Source: an uncultured Methanosarcinales archaeon
GTDB taxonomy: Archaea; Nanobdellota; Nanobdellia; Woesearchaeales; JABIAG01
Reading direction: 5' to 3'
Length of the DNA: 64,000 bases
NCBI GenBank assembly: GCA_964544335.1
Contig: CAZJAJ010000003.1
Coordinates: 11,589-75,588 of the forward strand
A model generated the notes under the pieces. It made no database searches. It was not told the DNA's origin and saw nothing but the letters and a program-made list of their open reading frames with translations. Position 1 is the stretch's first letter, and the number at the start of each line of letters is the position of its first letter. Both the position numbers and the translations under genes were made by a program. This document shows positions 48,666 to 59,591 of the stretch, in pieces.

Positions 48666-48858
48666 TTTTTCTTTGTAAACTCTATTCTTTTTCTTACAAT
48701 AGTTCTAAAATATTAGTGATGTACTACTCTGCAGTAGTTTAACCAGTTAACTTTATAAAGAATAGGCACGAGGGAGAGATTTATAGTCACGCATGGGGTG
48801 AAAACTATAGTATGCAGTACATTTATATATGGTAACGTCTCATATTAAAGGTTAAATA

Positions 48859-49386
48859 ATGGCGACAAAAAAGGCACCAACAAAGAAACTGATTGTAAGC
48901 ACTGTAAGCGAAGCAGTGGGCGAAGATGCGCTTGATATCGTCTTTTATCTGAAAGGAAAAAAGGACATTTCTGAGTTTACTATTGCAGAAGATCTTGACA
49001 TTGAGATCCATCAAATTAGAAATATTCTCTACCGACTTAATAATGAACACCTGGTTACGTATCGAAGAAAGAAAGATCGTGAAAAAGGGTGGTACATTAG
49101 TTATTGGACGTTTAATGACCCTAGAGTTCGTGAACTTGATTTAATTCTCAAAGAACGAAAGCTTGAGAAGTTTAAAGAGCGACTGTTTAATGAAGAGAAA
49201 AATAAGGGCAATTACTTCTTATGTCCAAGTACGTGTGTTCGAATGGATTTTCCAACGGCAACTGAGCATGATTTTAGATGCCCTGAGTGCGGAAGTATTC
49301 TTAACCAGCAAGATAATACACGAACTATTGAGATGCTGCAAGAGAAGGTTGCAGAGCTTGAAAAAGATATTAAGAAATTGAAATAA
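48859..49386 (+). CDS. tfe: transcription factor E alpha
   Basis: IRNILYRL, KGWYISYW and Zn ribbon C..C..FRCPECG. Confidence 0.92.
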   Translation: MATKKAPTKKLIVSTVSEAVGEDALDIVFYLKGKKDISEFTIAEDLDIEIHQIRNILYRLNNEHLVTYRRKKDREKGWYISYWTFNDPRVRELDLILKERKLEKFKERLFNEEKNKGNYFLCPSTCVRMDFPTATEHDFRCPECGSILNQQDNTRTIEMLQEKVAELEKDIKKLK

Positions 49387-49407
49387 AAAAGTTAAGAATT
49401 ATTTTAT

Positions 49408-49677
49408 TTATTCTTCTGATCCGCCACCAAAGTTTGGTATTGCTGATCTTGAAATGATTACGATGTCACCGATGCTTCTTACTAGGTTGTGAGGTACGAG
49501 TACACCTTTTGCACCACCAAGTACAGAGCTTAAGAATGAGTTCTTTGTAGCGCGGATTCTCCACATACTTACTTTTGTTTTGGTAAGCACGAGTTCTTCT
49601 ACGTCACCGAAGTATTCTCCACCATCTGTGTATACTTTCATATCATATACGCCGGAAATTCGTTTGAGCTTTAGCAT
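49408..49677 (-). CDS. PRC-barrel protein (CdpB-like)
   Basis: VYTDGGEYFGDVEE and VRSIGDIVII. Confidence 0.85.
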   Translation of the reverse strand: MLKLKRISGVYDMKVYTDGGEYFGDVEELVLTKTKVSMWRIRATKNSFLSSVLGGAKGVLVPHNLVRSIGDIVIISRSAIPNFGGGSEE

Positions 49678-49771
49678 GATTATCCCTCCAGACTTTCATT
49701 AGTATTTGGGCGTATTTAAATGTTTTGTAAGCGTAGCATAGGTTTTTAAAGTATAGAATAGTACTGGATCG

Positions 49772-50425
49772 ATGGTATTTGAGAACCTTAGACTGATTGG
49801 AAGCTCGCATATTTCACCAGAGTCTGTGTCTGAGATCAGAGAACTTCTGCAAGGAGACGTTGATATTGTGTGTCTTGAACTTGATAAGCAACGATTGCAT
49901 GCATTGCTTCATCCTGATGAGCAGAAACAGAAGATACGATTGCGTGATATTCTTAAGATTGGTATTAAGGGATGGCTTTTTGCAACGGTTGCTAAGTGGG
50001 GCGAGGAGAAACTTGGTAAGATGGTTGGAACAAAACCCGGTGTTGAAATGCTTGAGGCAGTAAAGATTGCATCACAGCGTCAGTTGAAGATTGGCCTTAT
50101 TGATCAGAACATCAATATTACCCTTAAACGACTTTCTAAAGCTATTACGTGGAGAGAAAAGTTGCGGTTTGTGCGAGAGCTTTTTAGGTTTAAACGTGAG
50201 ATTCCTTTTGATCTTCGAACAGTGCCTACTGAAGAAGTTATTGAGGTTCTTGTAGAAGAGATGCGGCAAAAGTTTCCATCTGTGTATCGTGTTCTTGTAG
50301 AAGAGCGAAATGTAGTGATGGCAAAGCGTCTTAGAAGATTGTGTGAAGATCATCCTGATAAGCAGATTATTGCTATTGTTGGCGCAGGACATATTAGTGG
50401 TCTTAGAGCAATGCTAGAAAGATAG
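49772..50425 (+). CDS. TraB/PrgY/GumN-family protein
   Basis: IGSSHIS, CLELDKQR, PGVEM, EERNVVMA and VGAGH. Confidence 0.9.
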   Translation: MVFENLRLIGSSHISPESVSEIRELLQGDVDIVCLELDKQRLHALLHPDEQKQKIRLRDILKIGIKGWLFATVAKWGEEKLGKMVGTKPGVEMLEAVKIASQRQLKIGLIDQNINITLKRLSKAITWREKLRFVRELFRFKREIPFDLRTVPTEEVIEVLVEEMRQKFPSVYRVLVEERNVVMAKRLRRLCEDHPDKQIIAIVGAGHISGLRAMLER

Positions 50426-50447
50426 ATTTAAATATCTTGTTTGCCAG

Positions 50448-51191
50448 ATGTTTTCTATGAGTCGATTTTGGAAACGCGTATTTTCTTATACAAGCACTGA
50501 ATTGTTGTTCATGCTTGTTACGTCATTTATTTCCGGAGTGCTCATTAGTTTTAGAAAATGGGGTGGTGAAACCTTTGATCTTAATCTTGGGATTGAGAAT
50601 TTAGTAATTAGTACGCTGTTTTCTTTTATTGCGCTATTTATTTTTGTGAGTGGACAGAAATTTTATGCGGTGCGTAAAGGATTTACTCACGAATATCGAA
50701 TTAATCACTACGGTCTTGTTATTGCACTGTTCTTGGCAGTGTTTGTTGATGGCATTTTGTACTTTCTTGCACCAGGGTATGTGCTGTTTGTTCAGACAGA
50801 TAAACCGCGTGTTGGAAAGTGGAGATATCGACCTTACTTTCATGAGTATGGATATGGTGTTCAGCATGGATTGTATGTGCTTTTAGTTGTTGCTGCATTA
50901 TTTGCTGCAATTCCTCATCCACTTACATTTGAGTTTGCACGTATTTGTTTACTGTTTGCAATGTTTAGTCTTGTGCCATTTCCATTGTGGAGCGGTATGC
51001 AACTCTTCTTTGCTTCCATTTATCAGTATGCGTTCGTGTGTAGCTTTGTAATTGGATTTAGTGTGCTGCTGCTCTTTGTTGGGTTTTGGTGGGCTCTGCT
51101 GCTTGGTCTTGTGCTTGGCGTTATTGCATTCTTTTTGGGATGGAGATTTGCTGAGAAGAGAGGCGGCATGGGCGGATTGTTTTATGATTGA
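50448..51191 (+). CDS. membrane protein, M50/site-2 protease-like but lacking catalytic motifs
   Basis: Multiple TM segments; FLAPG motif; located after traB. Confidence 0.65.
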   Translation: MFSMSRFWKRVFSYTSTELLFMLVTSFISGVLISFRKWGGETFDLNLGIENLVISTLFSFIALFIFVSGQKFYAVRKGFTHEYRINHYGLVIALFLAVFVDGILYFLAPGYVLFVQTDKPRVGKWRYRPYFHEYGYGVQHGLYVLLVVAALFAAIPHPLTFEFARICLLFAMFSLVPFPLWSGMQLFFASIYQYAFVCSFVIGFSVLLLFVGFWWALLLGLVLGVIAFFLGWRFAEKRGGMGGLFYD

Positions 51192-51204
51192 ACATAATGT
51201 GTTC

Positions 51205-51474
51205 TTACGCAAATAGACTTGCGATTCCTTTCTGGAGAAGATATATTGCTGGAATGAAATCAAGTAGTGTTACAAATCCAAGGAAGATGATTAGAGAGTA
51301 AAGTCCGCATGCACCATCAATGTAGGATTGTGCGTTATCTCTAAACATGACGATTTTTATGATTGCGTAGAGTATAATGAGTACAGGTATCTTCCACCAT
51401 GTTAATCCAAAGTGCAGTGCGACTATTCCTAGTGCTGCAAGAATGTCAAGTGCACCCATTACTTTTACGATCAT
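51205..51474 (-). CDS. small membrane protein
   Basis: Hydrophobic; ends YLLQKGIASL. Confidence 0.65.
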   Translation of the reverse strand: MIVKVMGALDILAALGIVALHFGLTWWKIPVLIILYAIIKIVMFRDNAQSYIDGACGLYSLIIFLGFVTLLDFIPAIYLLQKGIASLFA

Positions 51475-51524
51475 AGGACCTCCACTGAACAAAAGTATAT
51501 AAATCTTCAGCTTGATCGTTTTGT

Positions 51525-53717
51525 ATGCTTCAAAATCTTAATCCCAGGTTGTATCAGCAGACTATTCTTGCAACATGTGCAGAAAAAAATAGTTTAGTGG
51601 TGCTTCCTACAGGGATGGGAAAGTCCATTATTTTTGTGATGCTTATTGCGCAGCGACTTAAGCAATATCCTAAATCTAAGGCAATGATTCTTGTTCCCAC
51701 AAAACCTCTTGCAGAACAGCATGTGAAAACGATTGAGCAATTTTTAGATGTGAGTGTTGCGTTGTTTACGGGAGCAATTAAGGCAGAAAAGCGAGCAGAG
51801 ATGTTTGCAGAAACGCAGGTTATTGTGTCAACGCCGCAGGGTCTTGAGAACGATGTGGTTGCTGGAAGAATTTCATTTAAGGATGTGTCTTTGCTGGTTT
51901 TTGATGAGTGTCATAGAGCAACGGGCGACTACTCATATGTGTGGCTTGCAAAGCACTACATGCAACATGCCAACTATACGCGCATTCTTGGTCTTACTGC
52001 AAGTCCAGGAAGTGATCTTGAAGGGATTAAGGAAGTGTGTCATAATTTGTTTGTGGAAGCCATTGAAGTTCGAACAAAAGATGATCCTGATGTGAAGCCC
52101 TATATTCAAGAGGTTGAAACAACGTTTGTTGAAGTTGCACTTGATGATCGTTTCAGAAAGGTGCTTGAACATCTTAACTTACTGATTAAAGATCGATACA
52201 ATCAACTTCTTACGCTTGGTACCGTGAAGCAAAAAAAACCGTTGCTGAGTAGAAGAGATGTACTCTCTTTGCAAGCAGAACTTCGAACACAGCTGAGTCA
52301 GGGCGATAAAAGTTTTGACATACTCAAGTCACTTTCTATTGCAGCAGAAATTATGAAGGTACAACATGCTGTTGAACTTGTTGAGACACAGGGACTGCAT
52401 GCATTAAAGAAATATTTTGATAAGATGATCAATGATAGTGTGAAGACATCAACAAAAGCCGTTAAGCGTATTGTTGCAGACATTCATTTTCGTTCTGCAA
52501 AGATTCTTACTGACAGCATGATTGAAGAGGGCATAGAACATCCAAAGTTTGCTGCACTTCTTGATCTTGTAAGAACACATAAAGAGGGGAAGATTATTGT
52601 ATTTAATCAGTATAGAGACAATGCTGCAAAGATAGTTTCTGCACTTAATGAAATTGAAGGTGTGAGCGCACAATTGTTTGTTGGTCAGGCAAAGAAAAAT
52701 GGAACTGGTCTTTCTCAAAAAGAACAGAAAGAAATGATTGAAGCATTTTCAAATGAAGAATTCAATGTTATTGTGATGACTTCTGTTGGTGAGGAAGGTC
52801 TTGATATTCCTAGTGTGGGTTTGGTGGTATTTTTTGAACCTGTTCCTTCTGCTATTCGAAGTATACAGCGTAGTGGTCGTACAGGAAGACTTGAAGGTGG
52901 AAAAGTACTTGTGCTGGTTGCAAAGGGAACACGTGATGAAGCACATCGATGGAGTGCACATCACAAAGAACGAAAAATGTATGATGTGCTTTCTAACTTG
53001 AAAAAAAGTGTTGGATTCATTAAGGAAGCACAGGAACAACAAACACTCATGGATGTGGTAAGTGAGAAAGTTATTATTCATGTCGATCATAGAGAAAAAG
53101 CAAGTAAAGCCATTAAAGTGCTTCTTGAGAAGGGAGTGAAGATTGAACTTGCACAACTTGAGGTAGCAGATTACATTCTATCAGAGGATGTGGGTGTTGA
53201 ACTTAAGAACATTCAGGATTTTGTGAATAGTATTGTTGATGGGCGACTGCTTGGACAGATCAAAGATTTGAAGTATAATTTCAAGCGGCCAATTCTTATT
53301 CTTGAGGGAGATGAAGATATTTTTTCAGTTCGAAATATTCATCCTAATTCTATTCGGGGAATGCTTGCAACGATTGCCGTTGATTTTGGTATTGCCATTA
53401 TCCCTACTCGTAATTACAAGGAAACTGCTGAGATGTTGTATGCTATTGCAAAACGTGAGCAAACAGAACGTACCCATTCATTTAGTCCAAATCCTACGAA
53501 GAGAGGGATTAGTCTTGAAGAACAACAAGTGCATTTTGTAGGTGGTCTTCCAGAGATTGGTGAGAAGCTTGCAAAAGAGTTACTTGATGTGTTTGGTAGT
53601 CCTTCAAACATTGTAAATGCATCGGTGGATGAACTTAAAACGGTTGAGAAAATCGGGACAATTAAGGCAAAGAAGCTTCGTGAATTATTTGATCATTCTC
53701 AGTTGAAAGAAAAGTAA
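51525..53717 (+). CDS. hef: Hef helicase/ERCC4 nuclease
   Basis: LPTGMGKS, DECH and QRSGRTGR, then ERCC4 domain (VDHRE, ADY, ELK) and HhH. Confidence 0.93.
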   Translation: MLQNLNPRLYQQTILATCAEKNSLVVLPTGMGKSIIFVMLIAQRLKQYPKSKAMILVPTKPLAEQHVKTIEQFLDVSVALFTGAIKAEKRAEMFAETQVIVSTPQGLENDVVAGRISFKDVSLLVFDECHRATGDYSYVWLAKHYMQHANYTRILGLTASPGSDLEGIKEVCHNLFVEAIEVRTKDDPDVKPYIQEVETTFVEVALDDRFRKVLEHLNLLIKDRYNQLLTLGTVKQKKPLLSRRDVLSLQAELRTQLSQGDKSFDILKSLSIAAEIMKVQHAVELVETQGLHALKKYFDKMINDSVKTSTKAVKRIVADIHFRSAKILTDSMIEEGIEHPKFAALLDLVRTHKEGKIIVFNQYRDNAAKIVSALNEIEGVSAQLFVGQAKKNGTGLSQKEQKEMIEAFSNEEFNVIVMTSVGEEGLDIPSVGLVVFFEPVPSAIRSIQRSGRTGRLEGGKVLVLVAKGTRDEAHRWSAHHKERKMYDVLSNLKKSVGFIKEAQEQQTLMDVVSEKVIIHVDHREKASKAIKVLLEKGVKIELAQLEVADYILSEDVGVELKNIQDFVNSIVDGRLLGQIKDLKYNFKRPILILEGDEDIFSVRNIHPNSIRGMLATIAVDFGIAIIPTRNYKETAEMLYAIAKREQTERTHSFSPNPTKRGISLEEQQVHFVGGLPEIGEKLAKELLDVFGSPSNIVNASVDELKTVEKIGTIKAKKLRELFDHSQLKEK

Positions 53718-54548
53718 TTAGAACGACATTTCTCTTAGTCGTTTAACACGTTCTGTTGTTGCAGGATGTGTTGAGAACCAACTCATGAAATTTTTTCCTT
53801 TGAGAGGGTTTACTATGAAAAGTGATGCAGTTGATTCATTTCCAAATCCTATTTTTGTGTGACTCTGTTCTAATTTTTCAAGTGCACTTGCAAGTGCGTT
53901 TGGATTTTTTGTAAATGATGCACCCGTTTTATCTGCATAAAATTCTCTTACTCGCGAGATGGATAATTGAATGATTGTTGCAAGTAGTGGTGTGAGTATG
54001 ATGAGTAACATCAATCGTATGAGGTCTGCACCATCTCTATCTCTTCCTCCGCCAAAGATTGCTGCCCATTGGGCCATGTTTGCAATAAATGCAATGACTC
54101 CTGCAATGGTTGCTGCAATGGTAGTGATAAGTGTGTCTCTATTTTTTATGTGCGCAAGTTCGTGTGCAATAACACCTTCTAGTTCATCATCAGTGAGTGC
54201 TGCGATGATTCCTTCTGTACATGCAACTGCTGAATGTGCAGGGTTTCTTCCTGTTGCAAATGCATTTGGTTGATGCGTTGGAATGATGCATACTTTTGGC
54301 ATAGGAAGATGTGCTTGTTTTGCAACACGTGCAACCATGTCGTAGAGCTTTCCACTCTTTACTTCTTTTGCTTTGTACATTTTGAGTACAATTTTGTCAG
54401 AAAACCAATAGCTGCCCACATTCATTCCAACACAAAAGATGAATGCAATAACAAGGCCAGAAGTTCCCCAGAAACTTCCTACCCAGAGCAGTATTGCTGT
54501 AAGTAGTGAAAGGAGCATGAGTGTCTTTAATTGGTTTGTATATGACAT
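53718..54548 (-). CDS. htpX: zinc metalloprotease HtpX
   Basis: PNAFATGR, HELAH, REFYAD and FSTHP. Confidence 0.95.
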   Translation of the reverse strand: MSYTNQLKTLMLLSLLTAILLWVGSFWGTSGLVIAFIFCVGMNVGSYWFSDKIVLKMYKAKEVKSGKLYDMVARVAKQAHLPMPKVCIIPTHQPNAFATGRNPAHSAVACTEGIIAALTDDELEGVIAHELAHIKNRDTLITTIAATIAGVIAFIANMAQWAAIFGGGRDRDGADLIRLMLLIILTPLLATIIQLSISRVREFYADKTGASFTKNPNALASALEKLEQSHTKIGFGNESTASLFIVNPLKGKNFMSWFSTHPATTERVKRLREMSF

Positions 54549-54636
54549 ATTTTTAGGGTATACGAAGGTGTATTTATATTTTCTGAATGTGGCACAATAG
54601 TAATGTTCTTAAATTTAGAGTGGTTTGTTGCGTAAT

Positions 54637-56010
54637 ATGGGGGGAGCTGAACAACAACTAGATAAGGAAAAAGTTCTTGCGTGGTATGCACGAGAGGATG
54701 TTCAAGATGCTATTTGTAGTGAAGCTTCTGGAAAAGAAATTGGAGTAAAATATGAGTGGGGGTATGGGAAGCGTCCTGATATTATTGCAACACCTGCTGA
54801 TGTGTATGAGCTTGCAAAAGAAGGTGCTACTTCATTTCATTTCTCTGAAGAAATTTGGTTTAATCCTTTGCAGATTAGTTCTAAATTAAGTATCAAAGAA
54901 CTTGGTGAACTTAGAAAGGGATGGGATTTAATTATTGACATTGATACTCCCCACTTTGAGTATTCAAGAGTTGCAGCGCACTATATTATACAGGCACTTA
55001 AGCATTATGGGATTAGCACGATTAGTTGTAAGTTTTCTGGCAATCATGGTTTTCATATTGGTGTTCCATTTGAAGCATTTCCACCTGTATTATATGATAA
55101 ACAAGTTCGCGTTTTATTTCCTGAAGCACCAAGAAAAGTTGCAGGATTTTTGAAAAGTAAAGTTGAGAAATTTATTCTGCGAGATTTATTTGCAAAAGAA
55201 AATAGAGAACAGATTGCACAAAATGTTGGCAAAGAGGTGAGTGAGATCTCAACAGAATCCATGGATGCTATTGTTGATGTTGATACGGTCCTTATTAGTA
55301 GTCGACATTTGTGCAGAATGCCGTATGTGTTTAATGAGAAGAGTGGACTGGTTTCTATTACTATCGATCCTGATGATGTACTGACATTTAATAGAGAAGA
55401 TGCAACGCCTGAAAAGATTACAGAGATTCTTCCATTTATGGATCGAGCTAAAGCCGTTGCTGGCGAGGCAAAGCGATTGTTTGTCGAAGCATATGATAGT
55501 GGTTTTGAGACAGTTGCATATAATACTATTAAGAGTGCAATAGAAAAAGAGGTTACGTATGAACAAATTAAAGATGCTGCTCCTGAAGAATCATTTCCTC
55601 CATGTGTTAAGTTAATGCTTGGTGTGATGGATGATGGTAAAAAGCGTGCCGTGTTTGCACTTATGCATTTTCTTAAAACCGTTGGTTGGAGTCATGAAGC
55701 CATTGAAGCAAGGCTGCTAGAGTGGAATAGTCAGCAAAAAGAGCCACTCAAAGAAACGTATATTAGAGGGCAGCTTCGTTACTTTAAGACGCAATCTGGA
55801 AAGCTTCCACCTAATTGTGATAATGAAGCGTATTACAAAGGTATTGGTGTGTGTAAACCCGATAGTCTTTGTAGGACGATAAATAATCCTGTAAGTTATA
55901 CTAAACGACGTTTATTTCATCTGCAGAATTCTACGAAGGATAAGAAAAAGCCCAAGAGAAGCCCTCTAGCAAAGAAACAGGGCAAGGGCAACATTTATAA
56001 AGCCACCTAA
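54637..56010 (+). CDS. fused DNA primase PriS-PriL
   Basis: PriS motifs DLIIDID, KFSGNHGFH and D..L..RHLCRMP, followed by a PriL-like domain FPPC...PPNC...C...C. Confidence 0.9.
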   Translation: MGGAEQQLDKEKVLAWYAREDVQDAICSEASGKEIGVKYEWGYGKRPDIIATPADVYELAKEGATSFHFSEEIWFNPLQISSKLSIKELGELRKGWDLIIDIDTPHFEYSRVAAHYIIQALKHYGISTISCKFSGNHGFHIGVPFEAFPPVLYDKQVRVLFPEAPRKVAGFLKSKVEKFILRDLFAKENREQIAQNVGKEVSEISTESMDAIVDVDTVLISSRHLCRMPYVFNEKSGLVSITIDPDDVLTFNREDATPEKITEILPFMDRAKAVAGEAKRLFVEAYDSGFETVAYNTIKSAIEKEVTYEQIKDAAPEESFPPCVKLMLGVMDDGKKRAVFALMHFLKTVGWSHEAIEARLLEWNSQQKEPLKETYIRGQLRYFKTQSGKLPPNCDNEAYYKGIGVCKPDSLCRTINNPVSYTKRRLFHLQNSTKDKKKPKRSPLAKKQGKGNIYKAT

Positions 56011-56115
56011 AATCCTTTGCCAAGTATCTGAAATGGTTCGGATATGTGCCTGAAAAAAGACGTTTTTCGGGGCAGATATAGCCCTTACGTTCTTACAGGA
56101 AATTAATACAAACAA

Positions 56116-57045
56116 ATGAAACGAGTAAATCCACGACACGGAAGTATGCAATTTTGGCCTAGAAAACGGGCTAAGAGTATTCTTGCTAGAGTTAGATCCT
56201 GGCCTGCTGGTAAGGATGTAAAACCATCTGGATTTCTGGGTTACAAAGTGGGTATGGCACACATTGTGGGCACAGATCCTACCGCAAAGAACGCACCGAT
56301 TACTGTTCCTTGCACCATTCTCGAATGCCCACCAATGAAAATTCTTTCTGCTCGATTCTACAAACATAATCAATTACAAACCGAAGTTCTTAATCACACC
56401 CTTGACGACGATCTTAAGCGAACTATTGATCTTCCAAAGAAGAAAGATAAGACGCTTGACACTGTTGAGAAAGAGTTTGATGAAATTCGATTACTTGTTT
56501 ACACGCAACCAAAACTTACTACTATTGGTAAGAAAAAACCTGATGTGTTTGAACTTGGTCTTGGTGGCAAAGAACAACTTGACTGGGTAAAAGAACACTT
56601 CGATAAAACCATTGCTCTTAGTGATGTGTTTTCTGAAGGTGATCTGGTTGATGCACACGCAATTACTACTGGTAAAGGTTACCAAGGTGTAATTAAGCGA
56701 TTTGGTGTTGCACTTAAGGCAAAAAAATCCGAAAAGGGTCAACGTCAAGTTGGTGCACGTTCTGGTGCTTGGTCTGCTCAAGGACACATGATGTATCGTG
56801 TTCCACAGGCAGGTAAGATGGGCTATCACACTCGAACTGAATATAACAAAAAAATTCTTATCATTGGCGAATCACTTGAAAAACAAGAAGGATTCAAACG
56901 TTACGGTCAGGTAAAAAATACCTATGTTGCAATCAAAGGGAGTATTGGTGGTCCTGTTAAGCGACCTGTTAAACTTACTGTTGCTTCAAGGCCAAGTAAA
57001 CGACTTGGTAAACAAACTATCAATAATATGAAGGTGATTCTATGA
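56116..57045 (+). CDS. rpl3: 50S ribosomal protein uL3
   Basis: PRHGSMQFWPRKR, GYKVGM and GKGYQG. Confidence 0.97.
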   Translation: MKRVNPRHGSMQFWPRKRAKSILARVRSWPAGKDVKPSGFLGYKVGMAHIVGTDPTAKNAPITVPCTILECPPMKILSARFYKHNQLQTEVLNHTLDDDLKRTIDLPKKKDKTLDTVEKEFDEIRLLVYTQPKLTTIGKKKPDVFELGLGGKEQLDWVKEHFDKTIALSDVFSEGDLVDAHAITTGKGYQGVIKRFGVALKAKKSEKGQRQVGARSGAWSAQGHMMYRVPQAGKMGYHTRTEYNKKILIIGESLEKQEGFKRYGQVKNTYVAIKGSIGGPVKRPVKLTVASRPSKRLGKQTINNMKVIL

Positions 57046-57845
57046 AGGTTAGTGTTAAAGATCTAAAAGCTGGCGAAAAAGGTAGTGTTGAACTTCCTAT
57101 GCAGTTTAGTGAATCATTTAGACCTGATTTAATCAAACGTGCTGTTCAAGCAATTCAATCACTTGCTCTTACTCCATATGGTGCAGATCCACGTGCAGGT
57201 ATGCGGCAAAGCGGTGAATTATCACGACGACGAAAGAACTATAGAGGTTCATATGGTCATGGTATTTCACGTGTTCCAAGAAAAATCCTAACTCGAAGAG
57301 GTACACGATTTTATTGGATTGGTGCTGTTGCTCCTGGTACTGTTGGTGGTCGAAGAGCTCATGCTCCTAAGGCACAAAAAATTACTGAAAAAGATATTAA
57401 CACAAAGGAAAGAAAGAAAGCAATTCGATGTGCTCTTTCTGCAAGTATGATGAAAGATGTTGTTGCATCACGAGGTCATAAAATTCCTGATACCTATCCT
57501 TTTATCCTATCAAATGATGTAGAACAAGTTGCAAAAGTTAAAGATCTTGAAGTTGCTCTTAAGGCGCTTGGATTTGCTGACGAACTTGAACGGGCTAAGA
57601 AGAAAACTACCAGAGCAGGTAAAGGTACTATGCGTGGTAGAAAATACAAAAGAAAAACTGGTCCATTACTTGTTGTTTCAAAATCATGTCCACTCAGTAA
57701 GATTAAGAGTCTTCCTGGTGTTGATGTCGTTAAGGTGCAAGAACTTAATGCAAGTATCTTGGCTCCTGGTACAGACGCTGGTCGAGTGGTATTATTCAGT
57801 GAAGATGCAATTAAAACGATGAAGGAGGCAAACCTGTTTGTATAA
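57042..57845 (+). CDS. rpl4: 50S ribosomal protein uL4
   Basis: [15 protein letters not shown] and [10 protein letters not shown]. Confidence 0.97.
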   Translation: MKVSVKDLKAGEKGSVELPMQFSESFRPDLIKRAVQAIQSLALTPYGADPRAGMRQSGELSRRRKNYRGSYGHGISRVPRKILTRRGTRFYWIGAVAPGTVGGRRAHAPKAQKITEKDINTKERKKAIRCALSASMMKDVVASRGHKIPDTYPFILSNDVEQVAKVKDLEVALKALGFADELERAKKKTTRAGKGTMRGRKYKRKTGPLLVVSKSCPLSKIKSLPGVDVVKVQELNASILAPGTDAGRVVLFSEDAIKTMKEANLFV

Positions 57846-57849
57846 GAAA

Positions 57850-58110
57850 ATGGAACCTCGAGAAATCATCAAAAATCCAGTATCAACTGAAAAGGCAATT
57901 AGAATCATGGAAGCTGAGAATAAGCTTCTGTTTGTTGTTGATAAAAACGCAAACAAACCTGCAATTAAACATGCTGTTGAAGTGATGTTTAACGTAAAGG
58001 TTGCTAAGGTGAATACATACATCTCACCAAAAGGCGATAAAAAAGCATATGTTACACTTACTGCAGATTTCCCTGCAATGGATGTAGCAACAAACTTAGG
58101 TATGATATAA
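57850..58110 (+). CDS. rpl23: 50S ribosomal protein uL23
   Basis: PVSTEKA, KVNT and KKAYV. Confidence 0.96.
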   Translation: MEPREIIKNPVSTEKAIRIMEAENKLLFVVDKNANKPAIKHAVEVMFNVKVAKVNTYISPKGDKKAYVTLTADFPAMDVATNLGMI

Positions 58111-58111
58111 A

Positions 58112-58804
58112 ATGGGTAAAAACTTAATACAACAAAGACGTGGAAAGGGTTCTATTTTTACAGGACTAAAACACCAGCAAAAGGGTGCTGCAAAGTTACC
58201 TCGGACTGATGCTGGAAATGGTATTGTAAAGGATATTATAACCAATAAACTACATAGTGCTCCGCTTCTTGTTGTTGATTACAATGGTAAAAAGGAACTT
58301 ATGATCGCTCCTGAAGGCATGACTGTTGGTGATGTGATTACTAACGATGCTGTTGCTGTTGGAAATACCCTTGCATTAAAGGACATTCCTGAAGGTACTC
58401 TTATTCACAATGTTGAAGCTGTCTTTGGAGACGGTGGTAAATTTGTTCGAGGATCAGGTGGTAGTGCTCGTGTTGGTCAGAGATCAGCAAAGGGTGTACA
58501 AATCATCATGCCTTCAAAGAAAATCAAAGTGTTTAATGAAAAATGTAGAGCTACTGTTGGCGTTGTTGCTGGTGGTGGACGACCTGAAAAACCATTTGTG
58601 AAAGCGGGTAATAAGTACAAACACATGAAAGCTAAACACAAACAATATCCAAAGGTATGTGGTATCTCTATGAACGCAGTAGCACACCCATTTGGTTCCA
58701 AATCATCTCACATCAAAGGGCGACCGCTTCAAGTTAATAGGCATGCTCCACCTGGTAGAAAGGTTGGTAAGATCGCTCCAAGAAGAACAGGATACAAACG
58801 ATAA
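58112..58804 (+). CDS. rpl2: 50S ribosomal protein uL2
   Basis: [15 protein letters not shown] and PPGRKVG. Confidence 0.97.
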   Translation: MGKNLIQQRRGKGSIFTGLKHQQKGAAKLPRTDAGNGIVKDIITNKLHSAPLLVVDYNGKKELMIAPEGMTVGDVITNDAVAVGNTLALKDIPEGTLIHNVEAVFGDGGKFVRGSGGSARVGQRSAKGVQIIMPSKKIKVFNEKCRATVGVVAGGGRPEKPFVKAGNKYKHMKAKHKQYPKVCGISMNAVAHPFGSKSSHIKGRPLQVNRHAPPGRKVGKIAPRRTGYKR

Positions 58805-58806
58805 AG

Positions 58807-59181
58807 ATGGCAAAGAAAATATTCACATACAGGGGAAAAACAATTGAAGAACTTCAAGCACTAAGTGTTGAAGATTTCATGAAGTTACTTCCTTCACGTC
58901 AAAGAAGATCATTTGCACGTGGGTACACTGATGAACAAAAAGTACTTTTGGACAATATTCAGTCAGGTGCTAAAAACATCAAAACACACTGTAGAGAATT
59001 CATTGTACTTCCTTTAATGGTTGGTAGTACTATTGGTATTCACAATGGTAAAGTGTTTGAAAATATCATGATTCAACCAGAAATGGTAGGACACAGACTA
59101 GGAGAGTTTTCTCTTACTAGAAAACGAACAACGCACTCTTCACCTGGTGTTGGTGCAACAAAATCAAGTGGTGGTAAATAG
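58807..59181 (+). CDS. rps19: 30S ribosomal protein uS19
   Basis: FTYRG, KTHCR and MVGHRLGEF. Confidence 0.97.
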   Translation: MAKKIFTYRGKTIEELQALSVEDFMKLLPSRQRRSFARGYTDEQKVLLDNIQSGAKNIKTHCREFIVLPLMVGSTIGIHNGKVFENIMIQPEMVGHRLGEFSLTRKRTTHSSPGVGATKSSGGK

Positions 59182-59183
59182 AA

Positions 59184-59591
59184 ATGACACAGGCTGTAGC
59201 TAAAGGACTTGGACTGAGTATCTCAACAAAGGATACTATTGAGATCTCAAATAAGATCAGAGGTCAAAGTACTGTTAAGGCTAAGGCACTACTAGAGCGT
59301 GTTATTTCCATGGATCAACCTATTCGTTACACACGATTTACCAATGGTCTTGGACACCGACGTGGCGATGGTGCTACGGGCAGATGGCCAATTAGTGCTG
59401 CAAAGGCTTTACTTAAAATTGTTAAGACTGCTGAAGCAAATGCTCAGGTAAAGGGCCTTGATGTATCAAAGCTATTTATTGCAAGTATTGTACCTAATAG
59501 AGGTTCACGATCACCGCACCATGGTAGAAAACGTGGTATTCAAAATAAATCCACACACATTACAATTACTGTAGAGGAAAAGAAAGAATGA
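59184..59591 (+). CDS. rpl22: 50S ribosomal protein uL22
   Basis: GRWP and AEANA; operon position. Confidence 0.95.
   Translation: MTQAVAKGLGLSISTKDTIEISNKIRGQSTVKAKALLERVISMDQPIRYTRFTNGLGHRRGDGATGRWPISAAKALLKIVKTAEANAQVKGLDVSKLFIASIVPNRGSRSPHHGRKRGIQNKSTHITITVEEKKE

Noticed and set aside
48666..48858. pcn-tfe spacer with two TATA-like boxes and a small hairpin, as an origin or sRNA
   Set aside because: No ORB-like repeats or cdc6 nearby, and the hairpin is weak; the evidence is insufficient.
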